Origin: Syncephalis fuscata S228
Taxonomy: Eukaryota > Fungi > Zoopagomycota
DNA length: 64,000 nt
Assembly: GCA_025786725.1 (NCBI GenBank)
Contig: JAHLTZ010000027.1
Span: 310,001-374,000, forward strand
Reading direction: 5' to 3'
The notes under the pieces are model-generated. The model had not been told where the DNA came from and made no database searches. It saw only the letters and a list, made by a program, of their open reading frames with translations. The position numbers and the translations under genes are program-made. Positions within the stretch are counted from its first letter, which is position 1; each line of letters opens with the position of its first letter. Of this stretch, positions 41,501 through 53,360 are shown one piece after another.

Positions 41501-43306
41501 ATGCAAGTCAGTACACTAGGAGACGCGTATACATATGCTATGGCGGCCGCGTGGTCTAAAGCCGTCAATGGTGGTACGTCATAGTTGTTTATTAAATTTT
41601 AAAATACACATGTGCTAATAACAACAATTGCATTTATAATTTAATTGTAATAATGTTTATTAGCTCGTAGTTCGATCATTAGTATGATATCTCGTGCAAC
41701 TGTAGGCCATTTACACATTGTTGATGTCGACGGCACAACCTATGATATCGGCAACAAGGCTGCTCGTGAATCAAAGAGCGGTGATGATCCCGTTGTTAAA
41801 CTGTACGTCTTGAATGATCGATTTTGGTTACGATTGGCACTTTTCTCCGATGTGGTAAGTAGCAAATGTAACTAGTTACTCAGCAACATCTGATGATTAA
41901 TCTGTATATTATTTAGGGATTTGGGGAATCCTACATGTACGAGGAGATTGACATTGATAAGCCAGTGGACTTGGTCAAGGTAGGCAGTCGCTATCGGTCG
42001 GCTCTCGCGTGCTACAGTGATATTTAACCATGTATTGCAGTTTTTTTTGCGTAACCGCGAGCAAATAGGCGAGGGAGAGACATGGTTTAGTCAAGCAGTC
42101 GAGTATCTGACTCGCTTTCTTAGTTCTCGCTTCATTAACAATATTGCCAATTCGCTACGCAATATTCAAGAACACTATGACCTTGGCAACCGGTTATTCT
42201 GCTCTTTTCTCGATGCTTCACTTACTTATTCGTCGGCCGAATGGGATTGGAAACGATGGGAAGCTTCGAAACGAGGGGATGCCACTGAGGAGTCACTTGA
42301 ATCAGCGCAGATACGCAAGATTCGCAAACTTATTGACATGTGCTGCTTAAAGCCTGGAGATCGTTTGCTGGAAATTGGCAGTGGCTGGGGCGCACTAAGT
42401 ATTGAGGTAAGTACTGCAAAATGCCATAATAGACACTTGTGCAGTAATTAATACATTTTTGCTTATTTTAATTTAACGATAGGCTGTGCTTCGTACAGGC
42501 TGTACCGTCACAACACTTACGCTGTCTGAGGAACAAAAACAGATGGCTGAAGCACGTATTAAGAAAGCAGGACTTGAAGACAGTATTACTGTTCTATTGT
42601 GCGATTATCGTATGCTTGAGCCTACAGATAGGCCATTTGATGCTATTGTTGCAGTAGAAATGCTCGAGGCAGTTGGTCATGAATACTTTCCAGCATTCTT
42701 CGGCCAATGCCATCAATTGTTGCATCCACAACATGGTGTATTAGTTGCGCAAGTAATTACAATGCCGGAAAGTCGATATGATAATTATCGTCGAGGTGTC
42801 GACTTTATTAACAAGTACATTTTCCCTGGTGGCCATTGTCCGTCAGTGCACGCACTTATGAATGCTGCAACATCAGCGAGCTCTGGAAATTTAGTGCTTG
42901 ATTACGCTGAAAATCGTCCACGTGACTATGCACGCACACTAAAACAGTGGCGTTTGCGATTTGATGCTGCGGCAAGTACACTTTGTAAGGACGTCGAAAG
43001 TACTACCGATTTCGAGAAAGTTGGCGATATGGTAGTCCAAAACACACCAACTCTTAATGTAAAGGCAGCAAGACAGCATCTTCAGATGTACTTAAAAATG
43101 ACGATGCTTTGCCTGAATGGCTGTCAAAAGTGTGTGGTGAACCCGTCACATCTAAACCATCCGAGCGATATGATAAAGTATTTGAGCGTCGCTGGCGCTG
43201 GTACCTCTCCTACTGCGAAGGTGGATTTAGTGAACGTGCTATTGCGCTAATGCAACTACGTTTTACACGACCAGCCAACGATCGTCAAACTGCCGGCTAT
43301 GAATAG
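41501..43306 (+). CDS. Cyclopropane-fatty-acyl-phospholipid-synthase-family SAM methyltransferase (UfaM/Cfa-like), 5 exons
   Basis: GCCACCATG start; GFGESYM, NIQEHYDLGN, LLEIGSGWG, VEMLEAVGHEY, DFINKYIFPGG, RRWRWYLSYCEGGF. Frameshift at about 43040-43100. Confidence 0.92.
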
Positions 43307-43758
43307 TTTTATAATTATAGAGATATATACCTATATATATATTTATGGCGACTCTGAATTCTTTTGTGTTTTTTTCTAATATACCAATAAACTATATACT
43401 GCTTCTTTATTCTATATTGAGCGGCCCAATTGAAATGATATAGTGCACGTATATATGTAAGATCAATTTTATACTATACTATCATTTATTAGTAGTAATA
43501 ACTAAAAGAATACATGTATATGCGCAATATTGGTTTTATATTACTATTTATCGTTAATATCGATTAATAAAAGAATACAAAAAGTAAGCAATTAAATATG
43601 CTTTTTAGTTATTCATTATATATATATACTAGTAGTCGGTTATGATATTAGAATGTAAATTTTACAAGCATAAGAGTTTGGTGTTGAATTGTAGTTATTT
43701 ATTTGTATGCAAATAATAATTACCAAATATTCAAATAACTTCATTGGTATTAATTTGA

Positions 43759-45693
43759 TCAAACAACTTCAAACTTGTTTGAGCCCGATCTCAAAATCAA
43801 ACGTTCTCTGCATGTACCGCTTGGGCATGTAAAAACGTGACGATCTAGTGCCCAACCATTCTTGCCTTCATAGAAATTATTGCGTTCTTGGAGGTCATTT
43901 TCTAGGAAATCAACTGCTGTATCCGGTAGATTGGTCGTGTAAACCTCATTGTATATTTTTTCGTGATTCTTTAAATCAGAGTTGCCCCAATTTCCTTTGC
44001 AATAATTCGCGTTGGTCGAAGCGCATGCTGCAATCCAGAATCGTCCCGTATTAGCCAAAAGGATTTGTTGACTAAACTTAATTTGGAAATCTTTGTAATA
44101 CGCGTTTGCATTAATAGCGTATTTGCCGGCTTTAAAGTTGGCTAGTTCCTCGCGTAATTGTCCAATACGTGCCTTTTGAAACATTTCCGTAAATAGATTG
44201 AAAGCCATGTCTGAAGCAATATCAGCTTGTTCTAGCGCATAAAGATCCCATTTAGCTAGATCGGCCGATGATGGTTTTTGATTTTTACGATTTTCGGCAA
44301 CGGTATTGGCGATGTAATCGCCTACAACTTGAACACCACCTTTGATTATACTAAGGAGAGGCGGTAATGGTAAGAATGAAAAAATAATACTGATAACGTT
44401 CCAGATCTTCTCCCAAGCTGATGGCCGATCTACAGGCGTAAGTAAAATATTTACCAATTTGGACACCATGACTGTGCCGGACGCCAAATAGTCTTTGATG
44501 TTATTGGCATAGGTGCGTACATAGTCGGCTAAATCATAAGCCATTTCAAACACTTCGTTTGCGCCTGGAAGCATTGCGTTAACGTCCGCCTTCATGTCAG
44601 GAGTCAAGTCTGTAAGAATCTTATTGCGGCCTAGGCCAAGCATTGAGATATAGTCTTTGATTTGGAATGAGTTGGCATATTCAACCATAGTTGAGGTGTC
44701 GTCCAATGCCTTAATTGTTTTCTTGACATCTTCAAGTAACCATAATTGTGATTCGTCATTGTCTGCACATGGTACAAGAGTTATTGCAGCTAGACTCTTA
44801 CGTTCACTGGCGATACAGAGTTTATACTGATAAGACATAATTTGATAGTAGTTGCTAGGAAGATCCTTTCGAGTAATAAGCTTCATCTGGAACAGTTGAT
44901 TGTCACGCCCTATGCATTGTGAAAGCAACATTGGTACTCCTTTTGCTTTGACAGCAACGGCACTACCATTTGCTGTAGCATTTTTGCTGGTATTATTGAC
45001 GGGTGCAATGGGTGTTGCTATTGTTGGGCCAATTGGTGCAAGTTGTTTAGTGTCATTAGGTGCATAGTTAATACGACGTTTTAAGCTATGCTTATGAGCT
45101 GCGATATCACTATTATCACGACGACGAAGTGATATGTTGGTAGATGCCGACGTCTTTGATTCTACGCCCGGTATACGACCACCATGAAATAGATCATCGT
45201 GGAATTCCTGGATTAAGCTACGGCGCTGAATACGTGTCTGTGAAGACACGACTTGCTTGCCAGCCTTCTGCGTAGCAACTACAGCCGTCAAACATAGCTT
45301 TGGATCACTAAAACGAATCATGTAAATGTGACTTTTCTCGACCACTTCCCAATAATTGATTTGCTGATTTGCTGATGTGATGGCACATTCTTGCTCATCT
45401 ATACCAAGTATATTTTCACCAATATTCTGTGCATTTTCAGCAGACATGCACCATGCTTTGTCTTCGTTTTTCTGTGTCCACTGACGCAATTTAAAAAGAG
45501 AATACTTTTCCTCAGGCGGATTGTATATACGTTGAGCAGCATTGCTTATATCAACAGTTGTACTACTAGCTGTGCTACTGGCTGTGCTATTGGTTGTGCT
45601 ATTGGCTGCCGGAGCCGCCTGTCCCGCAACCTTGCTTGCAAAAATAGCAATTACTGCTAGCCATATACTGTTAGGTGCTGCTTTAGATATCAT
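43759..45693 (-). CDS. Secreted ricin-B-lectin (beta-trefoil) plus helical-domain protein, paralog A
   Basis: Signal peptide; three Cys-pair/QxW-like subdomains (WCMS..ECA..NYW, LCLT..SQC..NQLF, LCIA..PCA..SQLW); intronless. Confidence 0.75.
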   Translation of the reverse strand: MISKAAPNSIWLAVIAIFASKVAGQAAPAANSTTNSTASSTASSTTVDISNAAQRIYNPPEEKYSLFKLRQWTQKNEDKAWCMSAENAQNIGENILGIDEQECAITSANQQINYWEVVEKSHIYMIRFSDPKLCLTAVVATQKAGKQVVSSQTRIQRRSLIQEFHDDLFHGGRIPGVESKTSASTNISLRRRDNSDIAAHKHSLKRRINYAPNDTKQLAPIGPTIATPIAPVNNTSKNATANGSAVAVKAKGVPMLLSQCIGRDNQLFQMKLITRKDLPSNYYQIMSYQYKLCIASERKSLAAITLVPCADNDESQLWLLEDVKKTIKALDDTSTMVEYANSFQIKDYISMLGLGRNKILTDLTPDMKADVNAMLPGANEVFEMAYDLADYVRTYANNIKDYLASGTVMVSKLVNILLTPVDRPSAWEKIWNVISIIFSFLPLPPLLSIIKGGVQVVGDYIANTVAENRKNQKPSSADLAKWDLYALEQADIASDMAFNLFTEMFQKARIGQLREELANFKAGKYAINANAYYKDFQIKFSQQILLANTGRFWIAACASTNANYCKGNWGNSDLKNHEKIYNEVYTTNLPDTAVDFLENDLQERNNFYEGKNGWALDRHVFTCPSGTCRERLILRSGSNKFEVV

Positions 45694-47254
45694 TGTATAG
45701 ATGTAGAGAATAATATTGCGCCGGCGCAATTGATGTTAAAGGTGTAGTCGGAAGAATTGTAACGGTTGTAATGAAATAAAGTGGAACGTGAAAATAATCA
45801 CCTGGAATATAAGCGTAGAAAAGATAATAAAAAACGGATGTAGTGCGATTTTCATAATACGATGGCAATTTAAAAGATGACGATAGGCGCTTGGGCAATA
45901 TCCTTGGTTAGGTGGGCTGTGAAACAGTATTAAACACCGCATTGCTATTTAAGGCAAAAAATAGACATAGAAAACACTCCGTAATTATCCAAGTCAGCTA
46001 TTGGTTCTCTTTTTGGACAAAAAAGTCTAGTATAGGCATGTTTCAATTGCTATTCTTTTGCTACTTCTACGCTGTTAAAGCACAATCACTAATTGCCAAG
46101 ATTACTATCTAGCCTATAAATAAACACCGCTGCTTGATTGATATTTGTTATCTGTATTTGTCAAAGCGTTATATTACTTTACCACGTGCAAATTGCTAAA
46201 TAATCTATTATTCAAAACAGGTTCAAACAATGGGTTTAGGAGACGACGAGACAGCTGAAATATTTTGTAACATTGTAACAAATGCGCAACAATATGTTTC
46301 TAAAACCATGACGAATAATCTGTAAACATTTGCCGATTTATGACGAATTGTGTATATACGTATTAATCAAAACAATCTATATGGCAATAGAAATGGTATA
46401 GAGTTAAAATAATAAACTTTAATTAAATAAAAGTGGAATTTTGAAAAATACATCATTTTTAAATTTATTTATTTCCATTTTTATAAAATAAATACATTGA
46501 TTTTATTTTAATTAGTAAAATACATCTTTTTAAATTTTATTAATTTTATTTATTGATAAAATCGTTTTTTGTTTGCCCTACACTTCGTTTTGTAATGACG
46601 TTTATCACAAATTAACTAATTTTTAATGGCATGTTTTATTTTTTATAGCTGTTTCATTAGTATTTTGTATCTATTTTTCAATAAAAACGTTTATTTCAAC
46701 ATAACTACTGTTTTAATACTACTAGTACTAATTTTTACACGACATATTTCTTGTATTGTATTTTTTGAGTTGCATTTGCCACAAGTATATTATTGAAAGT
46801 TTATTAACAAATAAAATACGATTAATATTGCTGATAATATTGCTACAATTAACTCAATTATATAAATAAAGATTTAAATCAAAATTCGTTGCATTATTGC
46901 AATAAGCTTTTTCCCGTCAGGGATTTTTAGCTTTGTAACTTTATTGAGCTTTAACAACGTTAACAACATTATAAATACATAATACTGCTTTCAGAATAAT
47001 AATAAAAATGCCTTTTTATAATCCAATCCATTTTAACTTACAGAATTTATACAATTACAACTTTTGTTATAAATATGCTAGTTTAAGTTATTTTTACAAG
47101 CTAATGCTATTTAATACTAATACTAATAATATTTTTATTAAATTGGTGTTGAAACATCTAAACTGCATTTTTGTTTTTTTTCTTCTTTAGTTACTTGGTC
47201 AATTTTACATTATTTTATTACTGGTGTTGTGACAATGTCATTTTTTATTAAATC

Positions 47255-47676
47255 AAAAGCAGATCAAGCCTTGTAATATAAAATAATAGTATTTATTAAG
47301 CTATTACAATTGTTAGTGTATATTAAATAATTAAATATGTATCCAGTGCTTTTACTTGAACACCTTTTGGTTTTACATTTGAGAATGTAGCAACATTATT
47401 TGTAATATATTTATTAATGGATTTAATAGTATTACCGAAATCACATGGAAAACCATTAAAATGTTTAATATTGCACTGGATAATCTTTACTAGGCCAGTT
47501 TTCTGCTTTCTGGCAGTTAAAACGAACAGACATTTGTTGCTGGAACGGTCTTCATGAGAACAAATAAGCTGTAATTTTGTTAAATTACTATTTTTCCTTT
47601 TAAAATTACAACCGTTAACAAGCTTAAACGCGTCAACAGCAATCCTCAGTTCTTCAATACTGTTAAATATAGCCTT
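47255..47676 (-). mobile_element. Degraded Mutator-like (MULE/MuDR) transposase N-terminal remnant
   Basis: The open frame from 47676 reads KAIFNSIEELRIAVDAFK..F..KNS..KLQLICSHEDRSSNKCLFVLTARK..VKII..H, then KPK, then YYKA*SA. This fits the MuDR/WRKY-GCM1-like pattern FxSxxEL..C-xn-C..A..H..KPK..YxKAW. No start codon or DDE domain was seen. Confidence 0.5.
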
Positions 47677-47929
47677 TTAAATAGTTTGGTAGACATTGCG
47701 ATAGGCTTTTCAAAACGGCGTATCTTGATAAATAAAATCAAAAAACGATTTATTTTTATTTATTAAATTTATTACAATATGCTTAAAAAATAATAGTTTA
47801 TTATGGTAAAATTTAAAAACAGTGTATTTTACTAATTTTCCCTAAATAAATAAATAATAATAAACTTTAATTAATAAAAGTTACGATAATAATAAAAGTA
47901 TAAGTAATCATTTGGTTAAGTAATATTAA

Positions 47930-49869
47930 TTAGTCCGTTTTGTTTTCAGCTAATCTACTATTTCTAACTTGATAGCTATTACCAAATCCAACTAAACTTA
48001 TTAAAGTTGATGGAATAATACGCAATAAAAAGTCGAAAAGAATCCAAATCCAGCTTAAAATCACCCAAACAATGGAGGATGACCAATAGTCGTCATATTC
48101 AGCATCGTGCAAACCAAATGGCGACTTGGCACCAAGTGCTTCGGCAGCAGCCATGCCGGAACGCAAGCCATCTTCGTGAAAACCATAGCCAGACCAAGCG
48201 CCACAGAATGAAATACGGTCATAAGGAAGATTACGTAAACGTTTTTGAGCAGCAACCGACTAGAGAAATAAACGATGGTTAAACATCAGTGTTATTAAAT
48301 AAGTGTTTTTAACAGTATTATTTATCATTTATTGTCGTTATCATTATCCTTGCTATTTATTATTACTTACCTCAATTGTATAGACAGGATGTTCATAGTC
48401 CCATTCACCAGAAACTGTACCTTCGCGTGGCTCGTGCGGTGGATTAACAGTAACAAAGATTTGGCCGTGTTTTGCTGGATCAAGACTTTGTAGACGATTC
48501 ATCCAGTAAGTTCTAGATATCAATAAACATTTGGCTATTAATAATTTTTATAGACATAATAATAACAACTCACAATGACATTACAGTATCAGTTTTACCA
48601 ACATCTAAACTAAGATAGTTCCAGGCTGACCAAGCATTGACACGTGTAGGCATCAACTAATCAATCGGTCATTATGTGTGATATTTGTTAATAAAATTTT
48701 ATATTTAATTGTCAACTTACATCTTGATCACAGTGAAGAACGGCACGATTACGTTCAAAACGGAAATTTTTTAATTCTTTACGTTCAGCACCAGTGGCTG
48801 ATTCACCTAGAATACGTAGAGACTGATTTGCATGGCAGGCCATGATACATGATCATAATAAGCCTGACGTCCCTGACTATCAGTCACTAATACACGGCCA
48901 TCATCTGTCCGTTGTACCGATTCAACTGCACAGTTTAGATGTACCTCATCCAAGTCGGCACTAATACGCTGGACATACTCTCGACTAAACAGCACATACA
49001 GATGATTAGTAATGTCATTATGGTAGACATGTGTAGACGTGCACAGCTATGCATCGTATATACCTTCCGCCTGCAACAGTCATCCATTGTGGACGATCCA
49101 ATAGTTGAAGTAAACGATGGTTGTGCAGGAAACGTGCTAGAGTCCAAGCAGGAAAGTCTTTAGCACACACATCAGCTGGCGTTGACCAAACAGATGCAGT
49201 CATTGGCTAAACAAATATATATAAATAAATTATTGATATTAGTCTTTAATCATTTATTATTGCTTACCATTAAATAGTCATCTATAAATCCGTTAGAGTA
49301 GCCACGTAGGCCCAACCAATCGCCAATGCCCATCTGCTTTTCCGATTCAGGGACTCGGCTATCGGTGGCAAAGCGCGTAAATTCCCAATTGAAGCGATAA
49401 TGTCGTATAGCATTCGCCAGAATCGCCAACGGACAAGATTACGCGACTGACAGAAGACGGTGCCTGCATTGGTGCCGGACCATTCCAGCTCGCCACAATT
49501 GCGCGAGACAGCAAAGGACATGTCGGAGTTGCGTACAGGTACTTGAAGGTGCGCAAAAAGCCGAATCATATTCGGATACGTCACCCGATTGTAGACGATA
49601 AAACCAGTATCAACTGGACAGCTCTCCAGTTCACCAGCATTTTCGGGTGCATCATATGTCTTTAATGCAGCCGATGGTGGTGTATAATCAACTGTATTAG
49701 CATGTCCGCCCAGTCTATCGGCAGCTTCGTATAAAACGACTTGATGCGGTGAATGGGTTTTAAGTAGCCATGCAGCGGCCAATCCAGTAATGCCAGAACC
49801 AACTACGGCCACGCGAGCATTGGATGCCAAGCTTGTCTGAGCGCTGTCGACGTTTGTTTCAACGGTCAT
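47930..49869 (-). CDS. FAD/NAD(P)-binding oxidoreductase, COG2907/UfaD-like, multi-exon
   Basis: VAVVGSGITGLAAAW, YEAADRLGGHANT, VDTGFIVYNRVTYPN, SDMSF, WSAWNY, YEHP, GYGFHEDG; C-terminal hydrophobic helix. Apparent frameshifts at about 49390 and 48840. Confidence 0.9.
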
Positions 49870-50403
49870 ATTGATATGTGTGTGTATGTGTGTATGTGTT
49901 TGTATGTTTATCAATCTATCTGTCTATCGGTTTATTTATAACGCCGAAAGATAGAAATTAATAAAAGCTGAAAAATGTTTATTCAATCGTGTTTGTCAAC
50001 TTAAAAGCGAATAAATTCAAACAATGAAAATAAGGACCGAAGTGCACGCTAGCTATTGGTTAGCAGCAACTATATTCGGAGCGAGGTGCTATAGAAAAAA
50101 CGTGGAATCATACGTATTTGCCATACTTGTCCGTGATGTGTATATAATGGGGTGATAAGACAGAGCACGCATTGTGCAACCATAGTGTCGGTGTCTGGTG
50201 GATCCGACTGTATTACTGATTTCCATTGACCAACGGGCCGACATAGCACTGCAGATGCAGTGTAACCGGATCTACTGAAGGTGGTCTAATTGAACGTAGC
50301 ATTGTAATAAATGAAGACGTAATCCATCACATTTGTATCCAATATACCGCTACCCATTTATCTTCAACTGTTATTGTGTCTGTGCACTTGTTTATTATCA
50401 ACT

Positions 50404-52036
50404 ATGGCTGCTAAAGTGACCCATTCACTTGATTCAATGTTTCAAGCAGAGACAACATCAAATAATCATGTGCCAAACATGTCTGCCACCGGCTCCCCCT
50501 ATACGGGATGGCTCTCCGACGACTGGACCGACTTCTGGATTGATATGGGCGTTCTACCTGACTGGATTCTGCGACGCTGTTCACGCTTCCTTCTAGGACA
50601 ACGCGTCAAGCAGATTAAAAAGGCAGGCAAGTGGGAGGCGCAAACCGCTTCGGAAATGTCGTATATCGAAGCGGCAAAACGACGAGATGCAACTACCGAT
50701 ACGGATAAAGCAAACGAGCAGCACTACGAGGTAGGATAGACGAAAGATTGTGTCAATATAATGTGTGAATTAATCTACGTTATGGTTGCTACATCATGCT
50801 AGGTTCCTACTGAATTTCTAAAGCTATGCCTTGGCAAACGTATGAAGTATTCAGCCTGTCTTTTTCCTAAAGGTAAATACATAATTTACTATATTGTTCG
50901 TAATTTATAACACTATTAATAATAATAATTCATAGGTGTAACTGAATTGGATGAAGCAGAAGAGCTCATGTTCGAATCATATTGCCGTAAAGCTGGTTTA
51001 AGCAACGGCCAAATGGTTCTGGATCTCGGCTGTGGATGGGGAAGTTTAACGCTATATTTAGCTGAGGTAGGACTATATATAGGCCTATATCCATGTGTAA
51101 CCGCTAACCATGTTGTTGATTGATACTAGAAATATCCAGATTCAACAATTCATGCCTTGAGCAATAGTAGGACGCAACGGGTGTACATTGAGTCCGAAGC
51201 CAAACGTCGTGAACTTGGCAATATCAAAGTCTTTGTTGGTGACGTCGCCACATTTGATTTTCCTGAAAATATAAGGCAAGTTATTTAATGCATTTAATTA
51301 TCTTAATTTGCATGTGCTAGTTAATATTAATTTAAAATTTAGATTTGACCGAGTTTTAAGCATTGAGATGCTTGAACATGTGCGTAATCATGAATTAATT
51401 TTTAACAAAGTTTCTGGTTGGTTGGCTAACAGCGAGTCTCGTTTCTTCGTCCATGTATTCTGCAATCGCACTCGGTCCTACGACTTTGATACCGAAGAAG
51501 GTGACTCGTGGATGGCCCGTCACTTTTTCACCGGTATGTGCAGCTAACTTATTTGCTGATACATACACTAATAGTATACTGTAACACATAGGTGGCTGCA
51601 TGCCAAGTGAACAATTGTTCATGAACTATCAACAAGATTTACGTGTCATTAACCGTTGGTCAATTAATGGCAGCCATTATGGTAAGCAAAAAATAGCAAT
51701 AATTGCTTTATTTGTAGTTAAACGTTCTATATAGCTGCCACCTCGGAAGCTTGGCTAAAACGTCTTGATAAAAACATTGCCGAGGCAACTGAGGTGCTGC
51801 GCCTTGATTTAATTCAGCATCATTTGAAGAAATTGCAAGAAGAGTTGTCCGACGAAGCTGCATCGACAATATCGACGGAAAAACGTCAAAAGATCGAGGC
51901 TGAGGCAGAGAAAGAGGCACGCGTCAGAGTTAATCGTTGGCGTTTGTTCTACATTGCAGTTGCCGAGTGTTTTGCTTATAACCGAGGCGAAGAATGGGGA
52001 GTTGTTCACTACCTATTTGCTCCAAGGAATATGTAG
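50404..52036 (+). CDS. Second CFA-family SAM methyltransferase (coclaurine-N-methyltransferase-like subfamily), multi-exon
   Basis: ANEQHYEVPTEF, KYSACLF, LDLGCGWGSL, FDRVLSIEMLEH, WMARHFFTGG.MPS, RWRLF..AECFAYNRGEEWGVVHYLF. Confidence 0.9.
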
Positions 52037-53360
52037 AACACCAAATATTGATGAATTACTCATCAATGCAACAGCAATGCTTAATATGAATATATGAATA
52101 ATAATAAACACATATAATACATTGTACAAATCAATTTAATAATTTGATAATTAATTAATTAATATTTGTCGATTGAACTTTATTTTATTAATTTTTGTAA
52201 ATTAACCAATAGTTATACTGCTACAGTATTGCATAATTCGGGTTTTTTAGTTTATCAAAACAGCTATGCAAAAAGGTAATCATTGATGATTTTGCAAATA
52301 AAGATGTTTAAAAATAGACGATTATCTTAAAAAAAGAAGCTGTACGACAATGTGGCTTGTCGGCATGGATCCTTAGATCTTGGCCAACCAACTAAAGTTT
52401 TTGCTCATTCCAGTACGGTGCAATACAGGCAATTCTTGCCTTTGGTGTAACGCATTACCCAGTACCTGGAGCTAAGCTAAGGGGATTCGGTTAAATTTAA
52501 ACGAGACTTATTATGCATTGCAGTGAGCAAGTCCTTATATTCTACACTATAATACGATAAGCTGAAAAGTAGAAAAGGCAATAATGTATTGGATAAGTTG
52601 AAATAAACAAAAAAAGTACGCAATATGAGTAATCATGGTAACACTCGATGTTGGACGTAAACAAGTTACAGATCATAGCAACACAAAACAACAGATGCTG
52701 TAACAACATAGTAAAAATCCAGACATTCCAAGTTTCACAACTTCGTGGCCTGCCTATCTCCACCTTAATTTGTTTAAAGAAAATTCCATACATGTTGATA
52801 GTTTGGCTAGGCCTTTTCTACTCCGCACTAAAAATTGGTTGGTTTGAAAAAGAAACAGGCATAAACCAGCTCTCTTAACATTCTAGATTAGCATGTCCAT
52901 GAATAGTTGGCATAGTCCAGTCCCAAGAAGTGCCATAGGTAATTCCAGTACTTTTCAAGAGGCGGACTATGAACATCTATGACGGAAATAGGGCGTACTG
53001 CTAACTTTGAAAGATTTTCTCGCCTTTTAGGAAGAATGTTTCAACTGCTCGTGCAAAGCATTGGTAATGCCCCTCAATAGTACCTGAGTACTGTTTCGTC
53101 AAATAAGTTTGTAAACCACTGACGCAAAAAGTACAAATAAACGACGTTTATTGAAAACTCCTTCAATCCATCAGTCACATCCACTACTCCACTCTCACGT
53201 TTAATCTACAGTCAAAGATAGCTTGCTACGCAAACATCTTTGCAGCTTCTAAATTACATTAGCTTTATTAAGTTACGCTATAAGTTTATTTCCACTATTC
53301 AACACAAATCAATAGTTAAATACTATTTAACGAGTGGTTATCTGATCAATTACTTTTATT

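Noticed and set aside
37162-52036. Recent horizontal transfer of the lipid cluster from bacteria
   Set aside because: All four genes have multiple spliceosomal introns, host-like composition and eukaryote-type extensions. Any transfer would be ancient and needs a phylogeny to show.
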